Shown here in pieces: positions 10,869-22,270 of a stretch of 48,035 nucleotides of DNA. Position numbers and translations under genes: made by a program. The notes beneath the pieces are model-generated. The model was not told where the DNA came from. It was given only the letters and a program-made list of their open reading frames with translations, and made no database searches. The stretch is from Octopus bimaculoides. Taxonomy: Eukaryota. The DNA lies in contig NC_068987.1 of assembly GCF_001194135.2 (NCBI RefSeq), forward strand, positions 65,474,012-65,522,046. Direction: 5' to 3'. Every line of letters starts with the position of its first letter. The first letter of the stretch is position 1.

Positions 10869-13004
10869 NNNNNNNNNNNNNNNNNNNNNNNNNNNNNNNN
10901 NNNNNNNNNNNNNNNNNNNNNNNNNNNNNNNNNNNNNNNNNNNNNNNNNNNNNNNNNNNNNNNNNNNNNNNNNNNNNNNNNNNNNNNNNNNNNNNNNNNN
11001 NNNNNNNNNNNNNNNNNNNNNNNNNNNNNNNNNNNNNNNNNNNNNNNNNNNNNNNNNNNNNNNNNNNNNNNNNNNNNNNNNNNNNNNNNNNNNNNNNNNN
11101 NNNNNNNNNNNNNNNNNNNNNNNNNNNNNNNNNNNNNNNNNNNNNNNNNNNNNNNNNNNNNNNNNNNNNNNNNNNNNNNNNNNNNNNNNNNNNNNNNNNN
11201 NNNNNNNNNNNNNNNNNNNNNNNNNNNNNNNNNNNNNNNNNNNNNNNNNNNNNNNNNNNNNNNNNNNNNNNNNNNNNNNNNNNNNNNNNNNNNNNNNNNN
11301 NNNNNNNNNNNNNNNNNNNNNNNNNNNNNNNNNNNNNNNNNNNNNNNNNNNNNNNNNNNNNNNNNNNNNNNNNNNNNNNNNNNNNNNNNNNNNNNNNNNN
11401 NNNNNNNNNNNNNNNNNNNNNNNNNNNNNNNNNNNNNNNNNNNNNNNNNNNNNNNNNNNNNNNNNNNNNNNNNNNNNNNNNNNNNNNNNNNNNNNNNNNN
11501 NNNNNNNNNNNNNNNNNNNNNNNNNNNNNNNNNNNNNNNNNNNAAAAAAAAACGGAGAAATGAAAACATTTTTTTTTAATTAAGAAATTGACTCAAAGAG
11601 ACTTTGTTGCCGAAAACAGAATTTTAAAACAAGCGGGGAAGAAATAAAATAAATAAGGTTAGCAGAGAAATGTGGATCTTCAGACAAATCCTTAAAAGGA
11701 AAGTAATTTGTTTTCTGCGAGCCATTAGCTAAAAATACGAAACATAAAAATTATTAATAAGAAGATATTGTTTTTTATTATTCCCCCCACCCCTTTACGA
11801 AAGATAATTACCATTTTGTTACAAAAGGAGGCAAAAACAAACTCCCTCTCAGTTGTTTGTTAATTGAATGGGATTGTTGAAAGATATATATTTTTTGTTT
11901 TGTTGCTATTTTAACCTGTTTCAGAATTAAGGTGCCTCTTCGCTACTCTTAGCAAAACAGAAAAACAAAATAATACAAAAACAAAAACAAAAACGAACAG
12001 AAAAGCACATAGACGACACATCAGATGGAAACTGCTTGATAACAATTGCATTTTGCTGTCAAAATACCAACAAACATTATTTTTCAAGAGATATTTCTTC
12101 TAATATCCAGTGCGCAGTTGCACCATTATCTTTTGATGGCAGTTCGCGTTGGTAGGAGAAGGTAATGATGCCATGTAGAATTGCTTCCTAGTAATAAAAG
12201 AGTAATTGCTTTCTGGATAGGAAGCAGGCAATGTGATTGACTGTTTCTTGCTGGTCCCTTCCACCTATTCTGCAATTATGTTTGTTTTTAATATTTTCTG
12301 ATGGCAAAGCTTTGTTCATGTCATGTTCCCCCTTTTTCTAAAATCCTTAATTTTCAGCTTTGAGTTCTGGGTTTCTCAGTCATCGCCGAGTTTACCCTTC
12401 TTTTTCTTTGTAGTTTTCTTTATCCTCTATCACTTTGCAATTGTCGGTTAATAGCGCTTGTGGGTTGGAGTGAGGGTGGGATTAGAATGCCTTTCTTGTC
12501 AGATAATCACATGCCATACAATTGATTTTTAGAAAATGATTTTCTAGAGCGCTTTGTATTTCTATTTACATTGTTCATAGGGAAACAAAACAAAACGAAA
12601 AAAAATAAAACCAAACAAAAACAAACAACGCGATTCTAATTTCTTCTCTTTCACATTCAGTGGTTTGTTAACTTATTATTAAATCCTCAGCCTTAGCCAT
12701 CATGTTCTATTTTTGAATCGTAAACAATTTTACCGCTTTCTGAGATATTATATGCTCCCGAATTGTTTTCATAAATAATTTTTTTTTCTGGTAAAATAAA
12801 GGAAGAAAGTAAAGAATACCAAATATAAACAAAAGAAATCCAAAAATAGCTTTATTTCCTCCTTAGTGTTAAAAGGAACAAATATAGGCTTGCCTTCTTT
12901 CTGAACATAATTCCCCGCCCTCCACCTCATACCATGTATAATAATATTAATAAACAATTAAAAAAAAGTTAATATGATGGCGGTAGTGATGGTTGTGGAT
13001 TCGT

Positions 13005-13230
13005 TTTTCGAAGAACTATAAAAGGTAATGAAGAACAGAATCGTTTGTTAGCGTGACGGACGAAATTCCTTAACCAGTATTAGGTTACACCATATTTTAG
13101 AGTTTTGGGTTCAGATCTTGCCAGGTATGCGTCTTGATTTTTTCATTCTTTGGTATTTTACTGTTAATTAACTTTGTTGCGAGCAGGAGAGACAAGATAA
13201 TTATCAGTAAATTACTGGTGTTGATTAAAT
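13005..13230 (+). mobile_element. Very diverged family A-like SINE
   Basis: CAGAATCGTTTGTTAGCGTGACGGACGAAAT head and GGGTTCAGATCTTGCC B-box relic. Confidence 0.45.
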
Positions 13231-13315
13231 TAATTACACATCCTGCCACTAGATATTTTGTGGCTTAGTGTCAATATAGGGTATCTTAATTTTAGACACT
13301 GATTAACGAACTCTC

Positions 13316-13319
13316 TGTA

Positions 13320-13381
<62 letters not shown>

Positions 13382-13472
13382 NNNNNNNNNNGAGAGAGAG
13401 TGTATGTCTGAGATAGAGTGTGTGTATGTCTGAGATAGAGTGTGTGTATGTCTGAGATAGAGTGTGTGTATA
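13316..13472. repeat. (GT)n(GA)n microsatellite plus three copies of a 22-bp unit GATAGAGTGTGTGTATGTCTGA
   Basis: Direct reading. Confidence 0.85.
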
Positions 13473-13659
13473 CACAGATGCATGAATCTCTGGATCTTTA
13501 CTGGTTTCAACGATAAATGTTCCAACTGTTCGATCAGCGGAACGGTTAAGTTATTGGATTTCGTGTGAAAACGGCCGAGCATTCCACAATCATGGAGTAC
13601 GTTCAACGTAATCAGTATCAAAGAATGTGTGAAAAGATTGACTTTTTGAATTACAAGTA

Positions 13660-13835
13660 TATTTCATCTTATGGGCTTCCGAACAGTTTCCATCAACCCC
13701 ATTTCACTGACAAAGCTTGTGCCGACTCGAGGTTATAATAAAAGACAGTTACTCAAGATATCACGCAGTAAAATTGAACCCCGAACATTATGATTGCAAA
13801 ACAATCTTCTTAACCATTTAGCAATGCCTGTGTCT
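13660..13835 (-). mobile_element. Diverged SINE, family C (CORE-like middle)
   Basis: Similar to 36510-36690 and to the tail at 22652-22680 (GGGCTTC..ACAGTTTCC); minus-strand head TGGTTAAGAAG...GGGTTCAATT. Confidence 0.55.
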
Positions 13836-13892
13836 ATTTGTCAGGTCTCGGACTATCTACAGTATTCAATGCATTTTCTCTCACTCGCTGAC

Positions 13893-14112
13893 AATTCTTA
13901 TTTCTTTACTGCTCACAAGGGGCTACACACAGAGGGGACAAACAAGGACAGACAAACAGATTAAGTCGATTATATCGACCCCAGTGCGTAACTGGTACTT
14001 ATTTAATCGACCCCGAAAGGATGAAAGGCAAAGTCGACCTCGGCGGAATTTGAACTCAGAACGTAACGGCAGACGAAATACCGCTAAGCATTTCGCCCGG
14101 CGTGCTAACGTT
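13893..14112 (-). mobile_element. Family A SINE with alternative tail T2
   Basis: Near-consensus body; minus-strand tail TGTCTGTCCTTGTTTGTCCCCTCTGTGTGTAGCCCCTTGTGAGCAGTAAAGAAATAA. Confidence 0.9.
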
Positions 14113-14586
14113 TCTGTATATGTAAGTATACTGTTTATATACATGTATTTGTATTTATGTACTTGAGTATATTCCACCGATGAAGGCAAAGCATTATTTT
14201 TGCAAAGCCAGAAATCCNNNNNNNNNNNNNNNNNNNNNNNNNNNNNNNNNNNNNNNNNNNNNNNNNNNNNNNNNNNNNNNNNNNNNNNNNNNNNNNNNNN
14301 NNNNNNNNNNNNNNNNNNNNNNNNNNNNNNNNNNNNNNNNNNNNNNNNNNNNNNNNNNNNNNNNNNNNNNNNNNNNNNNNNNNNNNNNNNNNNNNNNNNN
14401 NNNNNNNNNNNNNNNNNNNNNNNNNNNNNNNNNNNNNNNNNNNNNNNNNNNNNNNNNNNNNNNNNNNNNNNNNNNNNNNNNNNNNNNNNNNNNNNNNNNN
14501 NNNNNNNNNNNNNNNNNNNNNNNNNNNNNNNNNNNNNNNNNNNNNNNNNNNNNNNNNNNNNNNNNNNNNNNNNNNNNNNNNNNNNN

Positions 14587-14713
14587 AGATACCCTGTATT
14601 ATAATTTTAAATAATTTTAAATAATTATTACCTTTGATGGTTTTTATTCCCATGCTGGCCACTTGATAAAATCAATATTTTAAATATCGATCTTATCCTT
14701 ATTTATATAAATA
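14587..14713 (+). repeat. About 125-bp repeat end abutting a gap; inverted copy at 39290-39404
   Basis: AGATACCCTGTATTATAATTTTAAATAATT...GATCTTATCCTTATTTATATAAAT matches the reverse complement of 39290-39404, apart from a 10-bp duplication and a few substitutions. Confidence 0.9.
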
Positions 14714-14714
14714 T

Positions 14715-14745
<31 letters not shown>

Positions 14746-14834
14746 ATATATAGTCAAGTTTCCAAAGTTTTCAAAATTTCATTTTGGTTGATGGAGATAT
14801 ATAATCCAAGCGGGTATCAAAGTGATTCATTATA

Positions 14835-14978
14835 TATAAACCGGGACTTATTTTATCCACCTCGAAAGATGAAAGGTAAAGTTGACGTCAGCAGGATTTG
14901 AGCTCAGAACATAAACACAGATAAAATACCGCTAAGAATCTTGTCAGGTGTGCTAAAGATTCCGCTACCTCAGCGCCT
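14835..14978 (-). mobile_element. Family A SINE, partial
   Basis: GAAAGATGAAAGGTAAAGTTGACGTCAGCAGGATTTGAGCTCAGAAC. Confidence 0.75.
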
Positions 14979-14984
14979 TATATA

Positions 14985-15107
14985 ATTACCCTACGCGCGT
15001 AAGCGAAAGCAGGATATTGTAGCCACTCGTCTTTGTCTGTTTGTCTGTATGTTTGCAAAATTTACTGGAAAACGGCTGAACGGATTTTCACCAAATTTGG
15101 CAGAAAT
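14985..15107 (+). mobile_element. Possible Helentron-associated non-autonomous element (HINE/DINE-1-like) 5' part
   Basis: ATTACCC start, short (GTCT/GTTT)n block, then AAAACGGCTGAACGGATTTTCACCAAATTTGG. This layout resembles DINE-1/HINE elements from recall. Confidence 0.5.
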
Positions 15108-15430
15108 ATGATCACCAAAAGTGTCCTTACTTTTTCAGTAAGATGTTTTTATAAACTTGAAGGAAAAAAAATAAATAAATTTCTGAATTTATTTAAAATG
15201 TTAAAATAAAATAAATATTCATGTTGAAAAAATAAATGAAAAATCTCATTCATTTTAATGTGTCCAAAATAATAAAAAAATATTCTCTTCCATAATTAAG
15301 GTAAAAAAATTAGCTTGAGAACCGAGTAGATGTTTCTTTTCGCCTTAAAACAACTAGAGCCGTATTATTATATTTCTCAGATAATGTTATAAGCGAAAGG
15401 AATGCATGGAAATGTTACATTTTAGAAACG
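15104..15430 (+). repeat. Near-identical local duplicate of 17250-17581
   Basis: Same sequence from AAATATGATCACCAAAAG to GTTACATTTTAGAAACG; differs mainly in the poly-A tract. Confidence 0.9.
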
Positions 15431-15499
15431 NNNNNNNNNNNNNNNNNNNNNNNNNNNNNNNNNGAAATGTTACATTGTCGTTTGATTATCTTCAAACAT

Positions 15500-15533
15500 A
15501 TATAAATACATGGATATATAACTCTGTGCGTGC

Positions 15534-15567
<34 letters not shown>

Positions 15568-15937
15568 TTGTGTGTATGTGTACAGTGTTGAATCGTGGGT
15601 TTCGTTTATTTACGAGATGATTTCTTAATTCCACCGGAGTATAAATACTTATAATGGTGAATCACTTCTCAAATTCTATGCAATATTTTCTATAAGTATT
15701 TTATTTTGTTCACTTTCTTTTTATATGAATCGACCCTCGTACCTATGCACGTAAACAGGTGTGGGTACATACATAAATACATACATAGACATGCGACTCT
15801 GTGTGTGTGTATGCGCGTATCCGCACGTGTGTGTATATAGTGATGGATTCGAGGGTTTCGTTTATTTACGAGTTAATTTCTTAATTTCACCGGAGTATAA
15901 ATACATATAATGGTGATACTTAAAAAAAGAAAAAAAG

Positions 15938-15970
<33 letters not shown>

Positions 15971-16370
15971 AATCGAATCTACAAATTTCCCGACAAGCAA
16001 GTGGTCATATTATTTATATCCTACAACGAACTAGAGTACGTTTGATTCACCTACCATCATTGAAAAACATTGAAAACACTTAAATTCTATGCAATATTTT
16101 CTATAGCCATTTTATTTTGTTCACTTTCTTTTTCATATGAATCGACCTGCGTCTGCGTGTGTATTGACCTTGGTGTACCTATGCGCGTAGACATTAGACA
16201 TTTGTGGGTACATACATACATGCATACATAAATATATACATAGATATGCAACTTTGTGTGTGTGTGTGCGTACAGTGATGGATTCGAGGGTTTCGTTTAT
16301 TTACGAGTTGATTTCTTAATTTCACCGGAGTATAAAGGCCTATAATGGTCAAACTTAGAAAAAAAAAATC
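15500..16370 (+). repeat. Diverged tandem repeat (about 2.5 units) containing (TG)n blocks
   Basis: GGGTTTCGTTTATTTACGAG...CCGGAGTATAAA at about 15597, 15852 and 16287; AAATTCTATGCAATATTTTCTATA...GAATCGACC at about 15671 and 16082. Confidence 0.85.
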
Positions 16371-16489
16371 AGTTTTATAAAGCATGGGTAAGCAACGTAT
16401 TGTAAGCTACACTACAACTTGCAAAAAAATTAATGTGCGTGCAGGGTATGCATCACCCCTCCGATGCCTCTTTTTTTTCATTTGGAAGG

Positions 16490-16850
16490 GAGAAGATAAG
16501 CTAATTACATTGACTTATTTTATCCACTCCAAAAGGATGAAAAGCAAAGTGGACCTCAGCGGAATTTGAACTCTGAACATAAAGCCGGACGAAATGCCGG
16601 GAAGCATTTCGTCCGGCGTGCTAATGATTCTGCCAGTTCATATCCTTACGAATATCAATAACGATAATGATCCCTTCTATTTCTAGGCACAAGGCCTGGA
16701 ATTTTGGCGAGAGGGGTATAATCGATTGCACCGACCCCAGCTCTTAACTGGTATTTATTTCATCGACCCCCGAAAGGATGAAATGTAAAATTGGCGGAAT
16801 TTGAACTCAGAACGTAAAGACAGATGAAATGCTGCTCAGCATTTTATCTG
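16490..16850 (-). mobile_element. Two family A SINEs
   Basis: AAAGGATGAAAAGCAAAGTGGACCTCAGCGGAATTTGAACTCTGAAC and a second copy with tail at 16680-16720. Confidence 0.85.
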
Positions 16851-16999
16851 AGTTTTAATAATACAAACACTCTACGAATACAATAGACGATACTGGTGAC
16901 ACGGCAAGAACAAGTGGTGTAGTGAAAAACTTATATTAAAACTACTGAAAAACAAAACAAAACATAAAATAAATAAACCACTTAAATGATTAATTTGTT

Positions 17000-17475
17000 C
17001 TTGAGCAAGAATGATTCATTAGATTCTGATCATCAAGTCCAACCTTACACGTTTAAACCTTTCCTCACTATAAAAAAATATTGATGAAGGAAAAAATAAT
17101 TTAATAAAAATAATAAAAACAGAATAAAAAGCAAATTAAAACAAAATAAACAAATCACTTATTGAGTTGAAAGAAACAAAACAGACTTTTACGTGAAGTT
17201 GATAATTAAGCCACTTAAAAAATCTATCAAGAACTAAAAGATTTTAATAAAATATGATCACCAAAAGTGTCTTTACTTTTTCAGTAAGATGTTTTTATAA
17301 ACTTGAAGGAAAAAAAAAAAAAAAAAAAAATTTCTGAATTTATTTAAAATGTTAAAATAAAATAAATANNNNNNNNNNAAAAATAAATGAAAAATCTCAT
17401 TCATTTTAATGTGTCCAAAATAATAAAAAAATATTCTCTTCCATAATTAAGGTAAAAAAATTAGCTTGAGAACCG
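17000..17475 (+). mobile_element. 3' part of a hAT-like non-autonomous element, same family as 18165-18736
   Basis: 17008-17190 aligns with 18318-18600 (minus an insertion); ends AAAAAATTAGCTTGAGAACCG, like the right TIR at 18715-18736. Confidence 0.55.
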
Positions 17476-17584
17476 AGTAGATGTTTCTTTTCGCCTTAAA
17501 ACAACTAGAGCCGTATTATTATATTTCTCAGATAATGTTATAAGCGAAAGGAATGCATGGAAATGTTACATTTTAGAAACGTTC

Positions 17585-17990
17585 ATATTATTCATTCATC
17601 TATCCATCATTCCAGAGTGGGTTGTGGGTGTAGAATCCTCTGGTATTCCTTCCATAGTGTCCTATCAGAAGCAAACGTCTTTCCACTTCCCGGCTGGGTT
17701 CCCAAGCACGACCAACTGAAACTATGGATAGTACCCATCCATCTCATTGTTGGTTTACTTCTCTGTCTCCTCTCTGTTGGCTCAGCTTGAAGAATTCGTC
17801 TAGCAAATCTTTTCCGCGACCTGCTAATCACATGTCTGTTGTACCGGAGGTAAAACTCTCAATGCGGAGAAGCAGCGGTTGGAACTGGAGGGACGTCCTG
17901 ATATTCGAGTTACGCACTCTGTCGGATAACGTTATTCCAAAGATCCTTCGAAGGAATCATTTCAGCCGCTTATATTCGCTATCATACTCT
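17585..17990 (-). mobile_element. RTE-clade LINE 3' end
   Basis: Minus-strand RFARRILQAEPTERRQRSKPTMRWMGTI...FASDRTLWK (RTE C-terminal R.RGRP..RW.D pattern) followed by a (GGAT/GAAT)n-like tail. Confidence 0.85.
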
Positions 17991-18164
17991 TTCTGTCATT
18001 TTTGTTTTGATTTTAATTTTGATACATAAATTTATAGATCTTCATAAACAATGCTTTATTATGTTAAAGATTTCAACCATGTTTTCGTTCCATAGTCGAG
18101 GTTGTGTAGACCGTAACAATCGTTTCCACATGTATCTATTTCGTTTATATCCCATAGCCTAGCT

Positions 18165-18736
18165 CAGTGGTTCTCATCCGGAGCCTGTATGACTCTTGGT
18201 AGGCGGGAGGGTCCACGTAAGATTTTGTTGCTAAAATTTGTGTGCAATAAACTGGTTTTACTTCTGCTATACACAAATAATTATAATCATAATTAATTAA
18301 TTAATTTGTTTTGACTAAGAATAATTCATTAGATTCTGATCATAAAGTCCAACCTCACACGCTTAAACCTTAAAAAAATGTTGATGAAGGAAAAAATAAT
18401 TTAATAAAAATAAAAATAAAATGTTGTGTCTGGGGAGAGTCATTTTCTTATCATGCCTTAAAATTTAACACACTCACTGTTAAAATTTCCACTTATTTCT
18501 TATTTTTATTTTCCTAAAATTTTCGTTGCGTCTTGCAACCTTTTCAATAGTCTTGACTCTGTCCAAAATAAACTAATCTCTTATTGAGTTGAAAGAAAGT
18601 AAACAAACTTTTACAAAAGCAATTTTAATTATAAAAATATAAAAGGATTTTCTAAATATCGAATGGCGATGATGTTCCCACCAAGCAAGATAGGAATCAA
18701 AGTGTGTTGAAGGTAAAAATTAGTTGAGAACCGCCG
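18165..18736 (+). mobile_element. hAT-like (Charlie-type ends) non-autonomous element
   Basis: Left end CAGTGGTTCTCA; right end TTGAGAACCGCCG (reverse complement CGGCGGTTCTCAA). No 8-bp TSD visible because the right flank enters a gap. Carries an insertion at about 18421-18560. Confidence 0.6.
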
Positions 18737-18924
18737 ATCTTNNNNNNNNNNNNNNNNNNNNNNNNNNNNNNNNNNNNNNNNNNNNNNNNNNNNNNNNNNN
18801 NNNNNNNNNNNNNNNNNNNNNNNNNNNNNNNNNNNNNNNNNNNNNNNNNNNNNNNNNNNNNNNNNNNNNNNNNNNNNNNNNNNNNNNNNNNNNNNNNNNN
18901 NNNNNNNNNNTTATAGATAATTTC

Positions 18925-19115
18925 TAAAGTGGCGAGGTGGAAGAATCGTTAGTGCGCAGGGTAAAGTATATAGCAGCATTACGTCCGCCCTTGCGTTCTG
19001 ACTTCAAATTACGACCTTACTTTTCGTCCTTTCGGAGTTGATAAATCAAGTGCAATGGGGGATCGATGAAATCGCCTAGATCCCATCCACCAAGTTTCAG
19101 GCCTTGTTCATATAA
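18925..19115 (+). mobile_element. Family A SINE, diverged
   Basis: AAGTGGCGAGGTGGAAGAATCGTTAG head, TTCTGACTTCAAATT, tail CAGGCCTTGTTCATATAATAGAAAG. Confidence 0.75.
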
Positions 19116-20884
19116 TAGAAAGGACATTATCGATATTTTCCTTTTATATTTAGATACGAGAAACAAGAATTTGAATGTGGATCTAAAACGTTATATTCAA
19201 ACTTTAAATTTTAATCTAATATTGAATAGTTTTGACATGGATGACAAAGTGGATTTCAAACTAATTCTCTTCTACATTTATTTCACTCACTGTGCAGTCG
19301 GAAGTAACTACATTCTACTCAGTGTTGAGTCCTTTAACAATTTTAGTCATCTTCACCACTTCCTTCACGACAATGACTTAAGGAAAGAAAACACAGAGTT
19401 GAAGTATGTTTCCCTTATTGAAAACTTCATCGTCGTATCATCATCATCATCAACATTATTATTACTGTTGGTGGCCTTATTCAACTACTAGTTGAATAAG
19501 TTTAAAGACGAAACTTAAGGACCCAGTCCAAACGAAATATAATTTTCCCGTTTGTAATATTAATATTGGGCACCTTTATGTAGAAGCCTGTTGCAAGTGA
19601 GTCAAATCTGGGACCGGTTTCCATTCTTGGTCGCTGTGTTTCTATCTTATTTAAGTTGGTAATATTCTTGGGAAACGACTGTATCTCGAAAGTCGCATTT
19701 TCTCTATCCTGATTTCAGTGAGTCTAATAACATAGTAACCTTGGCTACGGAAGTTATCGTTGTTTCTGAATTATAGACATAACTGCGTGATGTTCTTTAC
19801 GCTTATTACGGATAAAGATAAAATGAAGCTACTTTTTGTCATAAAGATTGATGAAACCATAGTAACAGAGGTATAGGTAATCCACGAAAATATCTGGTTT
19901 CACTCAGCGCCATCATTTACAAATAGTGACTACCAATCACAATTTCATGCGAAACTAACGACTCCATAATGAGAAAGGAGGACACTTTAGTAAACTGATA
20001 AACGAAAGAATCAAATGTTGTAGCAATATCCTTTATTTTCCAAGTGGAATCGCAAATGAATAGGCACCCCATCAAAAAACAAAGTAAAACCAATACAAAA
20101 TAATTGAAAAAACAGTAAATGATCCATCGAACCTTTTGCTGGTTCTCTGCGGTTTACCGGATCGTTATTCTGTGTTTTACTCGTGGAAGTGACTTTCTTC
20201 TTCAAGTTACTGCAACCGAAATGGGTCTCACAATGCTGCACCAGAAACTTCTGTTTCATATTAACTGAGGTCGGTTCTCAAATTCCATGTGGTGTGTCTT
20301 TGTTAATAACATCAATGTTAACAGAGAAAGAACGGTCTTCTTTCTCTAATAAGGTGCGAACATTTAAAAAATATATCGTGGTGTTCAGTACGATAGCAGT
20401 GACCAGCAAATCTATTTCCTACAAAATGACTTCAAGTAATTTTATTTACATACAGTAAAGTAGGTAGTAACATAGTTAGTGTAATTAGGAGTAAATTTTG
20501 AATAATTAAAATTTCACAAACAGTTAAAAGAACCAACTATTATTTGTCGTAATGACTATTTCTGGTCAAACCAAGTAAGGGAGACAACCTCCGGATTTTA
20601 ATGGTGGAATGTCATGAGGATTGAGTCTGATCATTATTCAAATATAGCTTCAATAGTAATCACCGATATGTTAGAAGAGGAGTGAAGTGAGTTTCAAACG
20701 AAACGACAAGAAATAAATTTAGATTTCGAATTCTATATGAAACCAAATTATTTCACTTTTCTTATTTCACTAATGCCCTTATCACACTTATAATACTCTT
20801 TATTGTACAGATCATACAACAGAGGGGAATTAAATTGCAATGATAACAAGGCAGAGACCTCTTAGCAGTTAATTATTAAATATG

Positions 20885-21110
20885 CCAAAGCAGGAGATCA
20901 AAGAGCCACTCCAAGTAGAGCCATTACTTCTCCGAATTGAGAGATCACAAGACTAACCGGCAGGAGACTCAGGCGTAAATCACAAGCAAGATGGTTGGAC
21001 AATGTCCATGAGCTTGTTTGGTCTCGCTTGGGAACCCAGTCAGATCAATTGGAGATGGTTGCTTCTGACAGGACATTCTCGAGAATAAGTGGGCGAAAAA
21101 GATGAGATGA
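20885..21110 (+). mobile_element. RTE-clade LINE 3' fragment with internal deletion
   Basis: EIKEPLQVEPLLLRIERSQ, then TGRRLRRKSQARWLDNVHELVWSRLGTQ..VASDRT. Confidence 0.8.
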
Positions 21111-21229
21111 ACTGCCAAGATCGTTTACTTCTCAATTCAAGAAAGGGGTAGAATTACAACAGTATAGCCAACGACCGCAACACAACAATAACAACAGCTG
21201 CAGTAAGAATAGCAACTCTAACAAGCAAG

Positions 21230-21460
21230 AATGAAGGAGTCTTTACATGTGACAATTAACAGATCATTATACGGTCGTTCGACCTGCTAGAAACAGCAGC
21301 CAAATTCCTCAAATCATACAGTATGAACTTTAAAAGAAGGGAATGACATACTAAAGTAGATACTCTTAAAAAACGATGGTTAGGATCGGAACGTCTTCGA
21401 GGTCATAAGTCTGCTCAAACGGGAATGATCTGGGCTAAACAATAACAACATTAGCAACAA
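21230..21460 (+). mobile_element. Interspersed repeat with (AAC)n tail, unclassified
   Basis: Motif GCTAGAAA(C/T)AGCAGCCAAAT also at about 3375 and 25065. Confidence 0.45.
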
Positions 21461-21499
21461 TAACAATAACAGCGAGAATAACAAGTATCTTTTACTTTT

Positions 21500-21680
21500 T
21501 ACTCGTTTCAGTGATTAGACTGCGGCCATGCTAGGGCACTGCCTTGAAGAATTTTTAGTCGAATGTATCGACCCCAGTACTTACATTTTATAATCCTGGT
21601 ACTTATTCTATCGGTCTCTTTTGCCGAACCGCTATATTACAGACCAGCACCGGTTGTCAAGCGGTGGTGGGGGACAAGGT
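21500..21680 (-). mobile_element. SINE-like repeat, family E, sharing the family A central domain
   Basis: Minus-strand GATAGAATAAGTACCAG...CTGGGGTCGATACATTCGACT; second copy at about 45700-45850. Confidence 0.65.
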
Positions 21681-21774
21681 GAGTATGTATGAAAGTTCTA
21701 GACAAGGAATTCACAGTTTATAAAGGAATAAAATAGTAGGTATAAGAATAAAGCGTAAAACAGTAGATAGAAGA

Positions 21775-22095
21775 ATACAGCCATTGTTGGGATTTTGCTT
21801 TGTCTATTTCTTTTGCGATTAGCCCAGTATTTGCCATGAAGGGGCCTTTCTTGTCATCGTTTTATCATGATCCGTTGCTGTTCTAGTTTTAGTTTGGATT
21901 TCATTTGTTTTACAGCCTTTGTTGTTTCTTCTTTATCTTCATAGTTGTTAGGTAGTATGACGTCTTGTTTGTATTTGTCAGCTTCCTTAAAGACTGAGAA
22001 CAGTTTTTTGTTTTGCTCGTGTTTTGTGGTCATTTGTATTAGTTTTCCTTGCTTCTGAAGTAGGTATTTTTGTAGTCCTATGGTGGTTATTTTTT
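21775..22095 (-). mobile_element. R4/Dong-clade LINE fragment (post-RT region)
   Basis: Minus-strand GLQKYLLQKQGKLIQMTTKHEQNKKLFSVFKEADKYK...IKR*QERPLHGKY..IDKAKSQQWL (W..KPLHG.Y motif of R4-type elements). Adjacent to a (TAA)n tract. Confidence 0.75.
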
Positions 22096-22097
22096 AA

Positions 22098-22099
22098 TA

Positions 22100-22193
<94 letters not shown>

Positions 22194-22270
22194 GTTGTAT
22201 TAATAGTAGTAGTGGTCGTATTAGTATTATTAACATTAGCAGTAGTAGTGCTATTGGTATTAACATTCGT
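22098..22270. repeat. (TTA)n grading into (TAG)n
   Basis: Direct reading. Confidence 0.9.

Noticed and set aside
12178-12235. TGCTTCCTA...TAGGAAGCA hairpin as a possible pre-miRNA
   Set aside because: Only a 9-bp stem with a poorly pairing interior, and no known mature miRNA recognised
19066-19491. 141-aa plus ORF, and a minus-strand exon-like segment with good acceptor and donor (about 19290-19375)
   Set aside because: The ORF starts inside a SINE tail and has no recognisable motif; the minus segment has stops in all three frames
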